DNA from: Schmidtea polychroa | Lineage: Eukaryota | Assembly (NCBI GenBank): GCA_044892525.1 | Contig: CM097888.1 | Span: forward strand, 34,782,001 to 34,846,000 | Length of the DNA: 64,000 nucleotides | Direction: 5' to 3' | In this document: positions 48,639-62,296 of the stretch, piece after piece | Layout: each line of letters opens with the position of its first letter | Numbering within the stretch: position 1 is the first letter of the stretch | The notes under the pieces: generated by a model | Told to the model about the DNA's origin: nothing | Databases searched by the model: none | The model's input: only the letters and a program-made list of their open reading frames with translations | Program-made: the position numbers and the translations under genes

Positions 48639-50799
48639 GCTGGTACAAATTGAATTTAATTTTTTGATAGAAAAGTTAAAAATATAAATTTTCTCAAAGA
48701 TTTTGATCGCGTGTTAAACCAGAAATTCCCAACCGTTGGCCCCTCAAAATATGAAACATTTGCTATTTTAATATGATTATCTATTATTTTGTTTTCTTTT
48801 TTAACCTACATAAATAAAAGAAATGTTCATACACATTTTATTGTTAAATCATATTATTTTATCATTTTGGTGCTCCATAAATTTTTCTTATAATTAAAAG
48901 AAAAAATTAAGAATTGAAAATTAAGAATTAAAAAACATTACCAATTTTTTATTTAATATATTATATTGAGTTTTATTTTTATATATATCATAGCTATAAG
49001 AATAGTAAAGTAAATCACGAATACAGTTAAGCAAGTTACATTCACCGCTAAAATGTAAAATTCTTCTGCCGCCCCTACTCAAATCACTGGAAAAAAGACA
49101 AATAAAACTTTAAATAAATATTATTTCACATTAAATTTTCTCAATTAATAATTATTTAAGAATACTTTTAAATGCGTTACTTAAAACCAGTTTCAGTTCA
49201 AATTGAATCACTCTAATTACTTTTGCTGTGCTTCTTCAATATATTTACATTAATTTATTTTTATTTTATAATAGAAATTGTTTCAATCATCCATTTATTT
49301 TTATAAAATATAATAATTTATAAAAAAAATTTTTTTAATATTAAGAAAAAAAATAAAATAAATATACAAATACACTTGAATAATGTAAAATTTTAATTAA
49401 AATTAATAAACCACCATTTTTTCAGTTGTCAGGTATGTCTACTACATATAAATTATATATTTATTATCTATTTATANNNNNNNNNNNNNNNNNNNNNNNN
49501 NNNNNNNNNNNNNNNNNNNNNNNNNNNNNNNNNNNNNNNNNNNNNNNNNNNNNNNNNNNNNNNNNNNNNNNNNNNNNNNNNNNNNNNNNNNNNNNNNNNN
49601 NNNNNNNNNNNNNNNNNNNNNNNNNNNNNNNNNNNNNNNNNNNNNNNNNNNNNNNNNNNNNNNNNNNNNNNNNNNNNNNNNNNNNNNNNNNNNNNNNNNN
49701 NNNNNNNNNNTATAAATCCAAGGAATCAATTTGTCAACGAGCAAGATTTATGGTGTATAACACCACTATCTATTTAGTCATTTATCGATAACCGAACCCA
49801 CAGGAAAAGAATTACGTTGCCATGGATTTCATGGAATATAAATATTTGTGATAGATATGATTTTCTAAAGAAAATTTCCATTGATAGAGATCTCAGAATA
49901 TTTTAAACAAAATAAATCCATTATTGAAAAATCATATTCTAATTAATTGAAATTTCTAAAAATAAATCAATTAAAAAAACATTAAAAATTCTAAACGAAA
50001 ATTGATTGAAGTAAATTTGTGAGCATTAAAATTCCAAAATTATTTATAATTGATTATATATAATTTTTCTTATAAAGAAAATTTTTAATTATTATCCTTA
50101 TTAATGGTCTTCCAACAATAAAAATTTCAAAACAAATTATGCAAAATATACGTGGTTTTTATTTTTTCTTTAATTCTTCAGATCTAAAAAATGCTAATTT
50201 AAATGGAAATTTGTTACACAAAATTCAGTAGAATTTTCAAAACAAAAACTTATTTGGAAAATTAAGATTAATGAGTTTATTAAATCAGAAATTGGTAAGA
50301 TTAGATTTTGTGAGGAAAAGAAAAAATGAATTACGTTTCGAATTAACAAGTTAGAAATTTAAGAAATTTTTGTTTAAATAAGTATTAGATGTGCAGGTCC
50401 CGAGTAATGTATTTTATTGTTGAATTTTTTTATTTTTGTTTGACTTAGCTAACTCTACCCAGTTTTATAAAAGTTTTCATTTTTTTTATACTGCAATAAT
50501 TTAAAGAAATAGTTCATATTTACATAAAAACTTTAGATTACATTTTAACATTTGTTTCTTAATGAGCGATGTTTATCATAAAATCAGAACTTTTCTTCGT
50601 TATACCAGTATACCTTTTTATATTCATAGAGGTTTCTATATTCATAGATGACTTATCTACTTATGTAAAAAATCACTCACTACCTCTTTTTTGCTAATTC
50701 CTTTAACGATTGTGCAATGATATATAATTCTTATAACTTAATAAGAAAATTTGGAGTGGAAATGTGCAAAATATACAAGATTATAGAAGTATTTGATTA

Positions 50800-52700
50800 A
50801 ATGCAACACAGTTGATGTGGTAATAGAGGTAATCAATGTCGGATTTCCCAATACACTGAATAAACTGAAGTTTGGGTCTTCAACTTTAAAGAGTCTCTAA
50901 ACTTTGAGAAATAATACTGAACAGAAAAAATGTTTTTATGCTACTCAGTAAAGAAGTGATTAAAATTTCCCTTTGAAAATCAAAGGTTGCAAAATGGCTA
51001 CCAGTTTTCATGGTTTATTTACTTTTATTTTTATTTTTATGGTTTATTTAATCGTTTGAAAGTTCTAAGGAAAATTTACGATTTTAATCCCTATATAGGT
51101 GGTGTGTAAGTTATTGAGAATCAGTAGAAAGATGAGCACCGTTGTTAAAACTACTCAACATCAATTATTGCGTTTAATATTTTGTGTACTATGATTTTAG
51201 AATTCCTTATTAGATGGTTACCCCAATAGTCTAAATAGACGCTTGGTGCACCAAATTTGAAGTTACGATGAGATTCACCAGTTAGACCAGTAGATAAATC
51301 TTCTGGTGGAATGTCTTCAATATTAGAGTTGAACAATTCATCTTAGTGAACTGTGGAAGTAAACTAGGTCTCTCAATCTCATTCGAGTTTATGGCCATGA
51401 GGTCTTAAAACTCTGTCTATACTTTGTCAATAAATAGCAGTAGTGGTTGATGAAAATAGACTGGTTGACCAAATTTAAGCTTCAGGCGCCGAGTCGAAAA
51501 TAGATGTGTTTGATGTAAAAATCCTTTTAGAAGTTTAAAGTGAACACGCTAACCATAAATGCAGTCACTTTTCCTATAAATGAGAATGTTTGTGATAAAA
51601 TATATGTTGTGGGAGATAAGTGAGAAGAAAACCTAGACTAAATTATTGAACTAAAGTGGTATGAGTACTTTCCACGGTAATTTAAGTTAATTTAAAAAAC
51701 TAGTTTTTTTAATCATAGACGATGACAACTCAGACAGGAATATACTCAGGAGAGGCCCTGGAATATAGTATAAAAGTTAAAATTGACTCCTGTTGGGTAA
51801 TAGCATATAATAGAGGAGATCGCTTGCAATACTCAGCAGTCTCCAATGGCGAATCTGAATAGATGAAAAGTCCTGTATAAAACTCCCTTTTTATCAATAT
51901 AACAAGAAATAGTTGAGTCCATCAGAAGATCTCTCAACAAAAATCATGATCGACATCGAAACACAATTGAAAAATCCGAGAAAGACAAATTAATTTAGGA
52001 TTCTGTTTATGATATAATAAAAACTTAGCATAGGAATATTTCATCACTTCGCTTGTTTGTTTAAAAAATTATTTATTATTTTGCGATTGTATGAATTTTT
52101 TGGAAAAGTTAGTTGATGTTTATAATCAAGTTAAATGAGCAGTATATGAAGCGTACATTCATTCATATTACTTCATAAATATTATTCTGTTCAGTAAGAG
52201 TATAAATGTAAACTTAATTTCTGTGTCAGAACCACCCAAGAGAATGTAAATGTCTGAGATTCTATGCACATAAAATAGTTGAAGTGGGGATAAAATTAAT
52301 ACTAACACGGAAAAATTATACAAACTACAAGGAATCTGATCCAACCTATCCCAAGTCTATGAGTTAAAACGGAAGAAACTACAGGCACGAAGAAAGACAC
52401 TACCTAAAATCTGCACAGGTAGAAACTCCAAAAGAGAATCTCAAACTTACTATTAAATGAGCGTGCCAATGTAGTCTCAGCAAATAAAATTCTAAAAATA
52501 AGAATTCTGAAAATGAAATCACAAGTCCCGCACAATCATCGAGATAAACCTGGCACAGAAAGAGGTTTAGACAAAGGTGGAGAATAGAACATAAAGTAGT
52601 TAAGAGTAATTAGCAATAATCATATGAGCTAAATGATGTAGAACTGTTTGCCGACCTGCTCATAAGAATATTTCGTGTAGAAGTTTATTTAAAAAATAAG
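50800..52700 (+). mobile_element. Possible highly decayed LTR-retrotransposon integrase region
   Basis: GC-richer, purine-skewed stretch with fragments such as RVYGHEV (~51390). No continuous frame. Confidence 0.25.
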
Positions 52701-53050
52701 ATTTTATAAATAAATTTATTCAATGTTTTCTTTAATTGGCATTTGATTGATGATGATGTATTAAGCGATAGTGTTAGGTTTTATTTTAACTCCTCTGACA
52801 TTCTGGTAAAATATCCTTCATATGAGAATAAAGGAACAAAAGGTAATTAATATTATTTAGGTATATGGATGATATTGAATATGCAAAATAATTTATTGGT
52901 AGTCACGAACGTGTAAGCATAAATGGAACCGGGAGTAATTTTGGCAACGGAGTTCATCTGTTAATTTTTTTACCACATACATTGCAACAGTGTTGTCAAT
53001 ATCAGTAACTATAGATATATGAACAAAATATAGTATTAAACAGGAATTTT

Positions 53051-53053
<3 letters not shown>

Positions 53054-53113
<60 letters not shown>
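53054..53113. repeat. (AT)n microsatellite
   Basis: About 30 units. Confidence 0.95.
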
Positions 53114-53116
<3 letters not shown>

Positions 53117-55118
53117 AATGATTTACACATCCATTTAATGTGTTAATCAAACGGTTTTCGAAAAGTTTATATGTAAAAAATAAAGCGAGTGTTTAATAAA
53201 ATTGTAATTAAGCTATTTGTTTAAAAATATCTGTGGTTTTAAAAAATAGTCACAAATTTAAATTAATAAATTATTGTTATTATTTTTACTAATTTTATTG
53301 TGTAATGACAATCATTAAAGAAGTAGTTAATGTCTTTGAACTCTTATAGGTAATTTATATTTTTCAGAATATTTGTATCATCATGCATTATTAATAAATA
53401 AATTTTTCATGGGGAAAATTTTATTTTTACATAAATTGTCATATCAATTAACGCCAATGTCAAACGTTTATACACGTGGATTTTACAGACGCTTTTCTTT
53501 TATTTCTAGTTTATGCTGTAAGAGGAAAAAAGGAAAATATTTTATGGATTTAGTTTTTCAAAAGAATTTTCAATCATTTACTTCTGGAACTAGTAATTTA
53601 TTATCATTTATTAATCGCTGCTATGTTTTTATCATGTCGATATGTATATGCATGAGCTAAATCATTATTTTTAACTCCTAGATAGATTCATAATACAACA
53701 AATGGTAATGTAATAAGATTCCGATCAATCGATTGTTAATTTCTCTGAATTCTAGTAAATTACTAATTAGTATAACCCCATTATTTCAGTGTTAGTAATT
53801 AGGATAATGCAACCTTAGTTATTTTAATTTTTTAATTTCTATTAAATGATATTTAGTTTTTCATTATATATTTAATAGAAACATTCTGTTTACTTTGAGT
53901 GAGAATGAAAATAAAAATACGTTTTACTAATTATTATTATATAACCTAAATTTTGAAATAATCTTGATTATTTATAAATTAATTGTTTAATATTAATTAG
54001 ACTTAGTTATTAATAATTCCATGATGAAATTAATATAATCAAATTGTAATAAAACTATTAAATTAGAAATTAATTAATCAGGCTGATTAAATTTTATAAA
54101 TAGTATATAATTCCCTAATCATACACCGCGGCACATTCTGGCGTAATGAAAGACTAAGACTAATTTTTAAAAAATGGAAAATCTAAAAATCATTGAACAC
54201 AAAATATTATTATTATCTATTGAAATTCCTTCGAATACACAGGAATCGGCATTTATAGAGTGATGGTGGGCTTGAAATCAGACATGAGTTACCTATTGAT
54301 ATGAATAAATTGATTAATTAAAATAAACACAGGAATCGATTACTGAATTCAAATTTAAATATTCAACTTAAAATATCGATGAATGATGATGCAATTGATT
54401 TTGAAAAATTAACCAATAATATTAATGAATGATTTTAATAAAAAATTTGAATTTTTTAAATTGGTATTATTTATTTAAGAAAATTATTTTTTGGCACTTG
54501 TTGAAAATTTTGTGAGCATCACTGATCTAAAGTTTAGATTCCATAATTATAATTATAAAAATAAAATGATCAATTATATACATATAATCAATTCAGATTG
54601 ATCTTGTTTTATCTACCAATTACAATAAACATTCAGCAAATAAACCTCCATTAAAATCTTATGATAATTCAACTCTCATATTGCTTGAAATTTTTGGTAT
54701 TTTGAATAAATAGAATTAATATTTAAAAAAACCAGGAGATGGTCGAATATAAGAAATGAATAGTGGCATTTCCAAACAGGCGAAATTTCCAATTTGTATG
54801 ATAATAATGAAAAAAAAACATTAATTGAAAAAATGATTATTATAAAATGAAAGATTTTATTCTATAGATGTTTCTATGAAAAAAATTCAAATTCATTAAA
54901 ATACATACATTTTTCTGCATTTTAAATATTTTGCATTTTTCTAAAAAAAATATAATAATAAAGGAAACAGATTAATTATTTTCAAAATTACATGTAAATG
55001 CCTTATTTTCATTTTAAAACTAATTTCAAAATTAATGTGAATCTCGCTGTCAACTGCATGTAAAATCTAAATACATAATTTTCTATATAACAAATTATGG
55101 CTATAATGCTATTTAAAG

Positions 55119-55639
55119 CAGCGTTTCCCAACCGTTGGCTAACGAGACCCACTTGCGAAAATAAAAATCTTTGTCGATCCATTGGCAATTAAAATTTTCG
55201 CCTAGGGGACGATGTGAGCGAAGTGAGCCACGGACGATTAAGGGGTCTGGACGGAGATTCAGTCGCCAACGCTTTTGGGAGTATTTAGGTGTAAAAGGAA
55301 TTCTTTTTGGCAACTTCAAAAGAACGATTTTGACACCCATAAGGCAAGCAAAAATCGAAAAACGAACAGTCAGAAAAAATTAGCAATGTTGTCGCAAATA
55401 TTTAATTAGGTGTTTTATGAACTGTATGCCAAAGTCGAATACGCCTAATAAGACGCTGGAAGACGTCGGAAGTTATGTATATTTAAATCTTGTGCTAAAA
55501 ATTTTCAATTTTAAATAAAATTTTAATGCTAAATTAAACTTTAATAAATATTTTGGAAAATTATATTTAAAATTTTTTTATTTTCTGATTTTGCGACCCA
55601 TCTGAAAGGATTCTGCGACCCACAGGTTGGGAAACGCTG
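55119..55639. mobile_element. hAT (Buster-type) MITE (521 bp)
   Basis: Perfect 15-bp TIR CAGCGTTTCCCAACC and perfect TSD ATTTAAAG. Confidence 0.95.
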
Positions 55640-56659
55640 ATTTAAAGAATCATAATGAATACTAAATAATTATTAGTTATTGATATATAAAGATTTTGAA
55701 TATAAAATTAATTAATTATTTAAAGCTGAAATTTTAACACGCTAAATGCCGTAATTTCAACTGGTTATATCTAGTTATTTTTTTTATTCGGTTACAAGGG
55801 CAATTCCTCTCTTCAGTGGATAAACATTGTATATTTCCAGGAATATGTATTTCTTAAAATAATTATATTCAAACATTTGAAATCAAAATATCTTCTTTTC
55901 TAAAATTTTAATATTTTTTATTAACTTTAAGTACTATTGCGTTTATATTATCACTTTTCCGTTGACAAACTTCTTTTAAAGTATCTTTTATTCTGTTTTT
56001 TACTCCTTGTATAGTTATTTATAATTAAACGCTACTACATTTCTTAAAACTATGAGATATCATACTTTATATAAAATATAATTTTATACATTTTTAATAT
56101 TTTATCAAAATTAAGGTTAATTTATAAGGATGTTAATATAAGATAATTTTAACATAATGTCAAAAAACTGAAAGCAAATGTTAATTTTACTCTCACCCGG
56201 TTGTGCAACACTCGCCAAATGGCATACAGTTTGTCTTGCAGTTTAAATTCATTTTATGAAATGACATTTGGTTATTTGAAATATTGGTAAATTTTCAGAA
56301 TCTTATTTTCGTTTTATGTCTAATTTTGATGAATCTCTTAAAAATGAAAATCTATTAGTATAATTAGTTTTTATTTTTTTATAGAAATCGTAGAAATAGG
56401 TTGTCAAATTTTAAAAACTTAAATTAATAAAAGTATTAAAATCTTTTATTTTTTTGGTCACCTTTGATATGGTTTCTTATTTTGATGATATATCATTTAT
56501 TTTCTTAAAAATATATCGTGTTGGAATAAATATTATATTTCCTTGAATTTTAACATCCACTTTTCGTATATGTTTGCTTCCATAATTTTTCAGATTTTAT
56601 CTTACCCATTAATTTTCTAATCAAAAAACAAAAATATGGTTTAGCTCTAAAATATTTTG

Positions 56660-58560
56660 GGTTTTTATTTGTTAGTCGTTTCTCTCTCTGATTCATCGTG
56701 TTCTTATTCAACCAAACAAATCGAAACCCAACACATAATAATTTTATTCAATCTTTATCACAATTACAATTTGTCACTATTTGCACCTCTCTCTCAAGAC
56801 AATTTTCTGCTCGATAAGGTAGAAAACCCATGGGTAATCACCTTTTCTTGAACGAGTCTTACCTTTTTTAATAACTACATTTCTTCTTTCGATTGCTGAT
56901 CGTCGGATTTTCTGCTTCTTTTTTTCTCTTCGACTAAATGGTAGTTTGCTTCTTTCTGAGCTCTCTTTTTATACTGTTTTTGAGAAGCTAATTATCTAGA
57001 GAATTGCAATTAATTATTTTCCCGGGAATCCTAAGTCAATATTTGAGGGTTTGTTAATTGTTTTAATTTGTTTACCTTTGATTAGGGCTCGAAATATTCC
57101 CTCTCTTATCTGATTTTGGTCTGCGCATCGGGTTTCCTTCAGCACTTGGGTTTCTTATGAGCTTGGGCTTTCCATTACCGATTAATTAATTTTAATTAAT
57201 TTGTTTTTTCGCATTAACTTTCCCTGTGAAAACCTTATTAAATTTTCATTATAATTCTTGAACTCCTCTATCAATTTGGTGTTCAACCATACCAGATACT
57301 CCCGTTCAATATTGATTTTTTTAATATTTTTAGCAAGTTTTAATTAATTTTTCACTTTTATTGATTTTATCCATATTTGTTCTGCTTTCCTTTTATATAT
57401 AAAATTTTTTGGTTTTTGCGCTAATACAAAAAAATAATAAATAAAAACTACTGTTACAAATTTATCCCACATAAATATATAAATAATTATTAGTTTTACG
57501 CCACTTATCGAATGTAAAATAAAACTAATACAAGAAATAAGGCACTTTAACTGATAAACAGTGATAAAATAGAAGCAAAAATATACAAATTCAAAACTGT
57601 AAGTGAAAGACATTATCTATCAGCTGTTGTCTTCTAGTAATAATATATTAAGTATGAAGTCTCAATACTAATTTGTTTGCTGGATTTATGTGTCTCATTG
57701 GTTGCCTAGAGGTTAAATATATTAAATTTAAAATATTTTTTCTTTTGTTATTGTAATAGATTGTTGTATTTTTATCACCATTGTCGTTTTCGACAATTTG
57801 GTTTTCTTTTTAGTCATTGTCGTCACTGTAGCGTCGGGGAAAGGATATTTAAAAAAACTATATAGCGAAAATTTACTATAATTTACTAGATTGAAGAAAT
57901 AAAAAATCGAAGGATTTGAAAATTGATTAAAAAACTTAAAATACAAGAAGATTTATCACAAAATTTCAAGGCTTAAACAAACACAACCGAAACTCCTAGT
58001 ATTTAAGAAAACCCACCTAAAATTCTATAAAATAAAACGACAGAATCGAAATCATCGAAATCATATGTTAAATCTATCAACATTTCCGAAACTCAAAATA
58101 AACAGATTAGAAGTTCCAAAAAATAAAATAATAGATTCGAAGTTTCATTCATAGCAGTAATAAAACTCGAACTTTCTATCTCCTTCCACCCCACCCCACC
58201 CCCGACTTTCAAGAACAACAAATTAGAAGTAATAGAATACGAACTTTCCATTTCTCCCCAATTTCAAGGTTCATATTTTTTTAGTAAATAAAAGTTGTAA
58301 TTTTATTTTATTGTTATTGTTACTTATTCAATTTTCACAATTTTTTGCAACTTACACACAAGCACCCCAGCTGTCCCGAGACAGTATTTTTAAAGGTGAA
58401 TCGGCTGGGCTCTACATTTCTCTTTCACACACATAATCATACAATATATAAATACATAAATAGACATCCTCAAACTTTTCAACATTTATTATTGTCCAGA
58501 GTATTGATTTTGTTGTTGGACAACATTTGTGCTTTTTCATTTTTATAATGAAATCGTTAT
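56660..58560. repeat. Dispersed LTR-like repeat segments
   Basis: 56674-57200 resembles 10004-10700 in the same orientation. 58353-58422 is the reverse complement of a block at ~2855-2928 (CCCAGyCGAkTCACCTTTAAA...CTGTyTCGGGACA). Confidence 0.5.
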
Positions 58561-59002
58561 TTTCTTTTTTAACAAACATTCTAATAACACAGTTTATTAA
58601 GACAAACGAACATTAATAACAAATGTCGATAGATTTGATTATATTAAATAAAGTTCTTGCAATCAAATCTCAACTTAATTACAATCATTAGTCAACCTCC
58701 AGTCATACATCTTCATCACACACAATAATACACTATTTCCAAATTTATTCGGTTATAAGCAGATAATTTGGACATAATATTCATATGACATTTTTGTGGG
58801 CACATAGAAAATACTCAAATTGTGTACTCATTTTTCATCATGACGTTTGGATATAGAACCATTTGTCCTTCTCTTTTGTACCGTGATTTTTTTCTGTATT
58901 CCCTTAGTAAGTATATGTACATTTGTCATGGCAGATTGAATTTGGAAATGGTGTATTATATTTTTAAAGGTCTTTGTGATGTGGGAGTTTTTAAAAGATG
59001 TA

Positions 59003-59480
59003 CAGTAATACTTCGACTTACGTAGATCCGACTTAAGTAGATTCGTGAAACTAAATTTCTCAACCTAACCTTAGTAAAATCTATTTATTATATTTAACGA
59101 CCTACATTTAAATTGCTTTATTTTGTCATAAAATTTTATCGTCATCCTACCAAAGAAATGTTCATTTCAAATTCAACAAAAAAAGTTTTAACTTTGGAAT
59201 CATAACACAACACTATAAAAATTTTTGAAGGTGGAAAATCTATGCGAAATAGCACAAAGATTCGACTTTGCATACACTACTTTTCAGGCGATTATAAAAA
59301 ATATAAATAAAATTCTTGACGTTGTTAAAAATGCTCAATCAATAAATTCAAGTTTAAATCGGGATTAATACCGACATGTTGCGAAAATCAAGTGAATGTG
59401 GATTGATCATTGAACCACAATGCCATATGTAATTTAAGAGGCTACAAAAAGGGATAAGGAAGCACCATACTCTAATCCTG
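59003..59480 (+). mobile_element. 5' fragment of a Tigger/pogo (Tc1-mariner) transposon
   Basis: TA|CAGTAATACTTCGACTTACG terminus. Frameshifted CENP-B-type HTH peptide EGGKSM..IAQRFDFAYTT..AIIKN.NKILDVVKNA and MWIDH. No second TIR found. Confidence 0.6.
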
Positions 59481-60058
59481 ACACAATGAGACGCTTAATA
59501 AATAAAGTTTGCAGTTGCTCATAAACTGTGTTTAACGTAGATAAAAAAGGAACATTTATCGCACACAAGCAAGACATTATCTGGTTTAAAGGAATCGAAA
59601 GATTGTTTAACGATTAAACTGTGAGGAAATTCTGTTTGTGATTTCCAATTAAAACGACCTTTGATGTATGGTTTTGAAAATCTCAGGGCATGTAAAATTA
59701 AAGCCTTTAATTAAAACTACATATTGTAAATTTTTATAATTTGTTGTTTTCATGGTAATATATAATTTATATATAATATATAAAGGGTAATACAATTTTG
59801 CGAATGGCGATATTTTTTGCCGTTTTTAGTTTTTAGTTCTAGTTTTATAGTTGGATTTCTTAGTGTTATTCATTTTACTCTGATTGGCCTATTTTTATTT
59901 TGATGTTATTATTTTAATCAGTTAGGTTTCAGTTTAAGGTGTTTCTTTAGTTTTAAGTTGAGTATGGATTCTTGGATAGCCTTAAATGGCGAAAATAATG
60001 TAGTAAAGTCAGCTTTTTGATTCCACTTATTATGGAACTATGGACTATTACTATATAT

Positions 60059-60233
60059 CAGGAGTGGGTACGCATGAGGCCAAAGAGAGCCACACAAATC
60101 AAAAATTTTTTATTTAATGTAATTGCATATTTTCACAAGTCAAATTTAACACAAGAACACGTAAAAGTTAAATTATGATAAATAAAATAAATATAACAAA
60201 AATTAAACGAAGACTTGCATTTGCCCACCGTTG
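60059..60233. mobile_element. Short hAT MITE (175 bp)
   Basis: Degenerate TIRs CAGGAGTGGGTA / CAACGGTGGGCA. Perfect TSD CTATATAT at 60051-60058 and 60234-60241. Confidence 0.75.
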
Positions 60234-60993
60234 CTATATATGATACTTCATCTATTTCCTTTTATCAAAAAAAGAAAACAAATTAAAGGTGACAAAAAAA
60301 TTATTATTGAAATTTCATAAATGTTAAATTCATATCAAATTTCTCAAAATGGCATGAGTAAATTATATTGTAAAATAAATGAAAATATGTAAATAAGGAG
60401 TTTTTCAGTTATATAAGAATTCAAATATAGTAGTTAGAAAAGGATTTTTTCTAAGTAAGTTTTGAAAAAGTAGTAAGAAAGAAACCCCAGTAAATATTAC
60501 AAAACCGGACGTTATTACTAATATAACCTGGCATGAATTGCATGTCTCTATTTGAAGGTTTGAGTTGTAAAAGATCTTTAGATTATGATTATTATTATTA
60601 CATTACAATATTTTGTATACCGAATTATGAAACTTCATTTAGCTGGAATAATTTATCCATTGTATATTATTCAAGTCTGCATATTACACTCGAAATATTG
60701 CAAAACATTGATAGGATCCTTTGAATCAAAATTTACATAACAATATGATAATTGACAGAGCAGATTCACATTGACATTTAATTCACTAGTAATACTGGTA
60801 AATGTTCTGGTAAATGCTATTGTGCATTTCATTGTTCAATTCTAACAGCTACTGACTGATGTGTTTAAAGATTACTTTTAACTGCCAATTATTTTCACGA
60901 ATAACGCATTAATGACAGCTTTCATTATAAACCCTTGAACAAGTTTATCTTAGGTTTGTAGTTTTGTATTTATTTCACCACACTAAATTATAA

Positions 60994-61237
60994 CACATTC
61001 GCTGCCACACATAATTTCATATTTTTTTGAAAATTAATATATTCTTTATTAGAATATTATTTTAATATATTTTCATATTCTCTCAATTAATATATTTCCT
61101 TTGAGATATCTCGTTTTTCAAATCCTTCTGAGAAACCAATCATTAATAGTTAGCATATATCTTCAACCAGCAGTCTAATACATGACTACAAAATTATAAT
61201 AGTTTTATGAGTTAACTCGTTGTTGGTAGCGATCGTT
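60994..61237. mobile_element. Possible old piggyBac MITE
   Basis: Ends CACATTCGCTGCC / AACGATCGCTACC (9/13), with ATAA on the left and TTAA on the right. Confidence 0.3.
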
Positions 61238-61960
61238 TTAAAAGACAGTTTCATACATAAAAGTGATGATCACAGATAGAATGAAGTTAGTTCAACACAG
61301 AAAATATTCTTTTAAATATGACTAAAAAAATGTTTCTATCTTTAAAGATATTGTGGGTGAAAATAGTTTACCACTCATACTACCCATAAAATTCAAACAT
61401 AAAAATCCGCTTACCTTCAACAAATACTTCGAACTGCCTAGATAAAAGTAGATTTTCGAATTCAGTTTACTACTGCTGACAGCATATTTCCTGATTGTTT
61501 CATTTCAATAATTACATAACCACGTAAATTTTCGGCTCTCAAATTCATGTGTTGCGTGTGATGAAAATGAAGAAAAAATAAGTCCATCTTTAGCGTCATA
61601 TAAATATTAAAATGTTTATGATAGGTTCATTGATAAAATAATGTTAAATTGGGTGTAATAGTTTTATACATTTAATGTAATGAATCTTAAGACTTTTGCG
61701 ACACAAATATATTTTAATCATTGTTGCCTTTGTGGAACATTTAATAATTAATATTTTCTATAATAAACATCACAAAATATACTGTTCATCTTTCACAAAA
61801 AATTTATACGAACACCTCTGCATGGAAGTCTTTTAATGTCGAAAATATTTTCCTCTGGCTATTCTCAGCATCTATACGTGCATTAATATGATTGTTTATG
61901 CTTTGCTCTTATTATTTTATTTTTAAAAATTTTTCCAAAATCATTCGAATTATATTTCAG

Positions 61961-62181
61961 AAATGTTAGAATTGTTGAAAAATCGAGATTATATCATTAA
62001 CAAAAATTTATCAAAATGTACAAATGAGTCGTTATCAATTTCAATTGGTTCTTACAATATTTTAGCTCAATGTCATTTAGTCAATAATTATTTTCTTTAT
62101 GAAAATTGTGATAAAAAATTTCTTGATTGGCCAATTCGATGGATAAATATTAAAAAAGATTTGGAGAATTTAAATTGTGAT
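61961..62181 (+). CDS. ANGEL: Angel homolog (CCR4/nocturnin EEP family), exon
   Basis: Acceptor tttcag| at 61960. ISIGSYNILAQCHLVNNYFLYENCDKKFLDWPIRWINIKKDLENLNCD matches the Angel SYNIL.Q...LY..C...L.W..R block. Donor GTGGGT at 62182. Confidence 0.85.
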
Positions 62182-62226
62182 GTGGGTTTAACTTGATGAT
62201 GAGACTTTGATGAGTTTTTTGTTTAG

Positions 62227-62296
62227 ATTTTCTGTCTCCAAGAAGTAGAAATTACACATTACTCATCTGACATAGAACCAGCAATGCTTCATTTAG
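62227..62296 (+). CDS. ANGEL: Angel homolog, next exon
   Basis: After a 45-bp GT-AG intron (62182-62226) the frame continues IFCLQEVEITHYSSDIEPAMLHLG, containing the conserved CLQE. Donor GTACGT at 62297. Later exons were not found in the window. Confidence 0.85.

Noticed and set aside
48719-48750. hAT TIR-like CAGAAATTCCCAACC
   Set aside because: No partner TIR or TSD found.
5016-49791. ORFs in the track dominated by X (9750, 10878-11321, 22780-23147, 24762-25206, 30185-30520, 35366-35857, 49426-49791)
   Set aside because: They are artefacts of reading through N-gaps.
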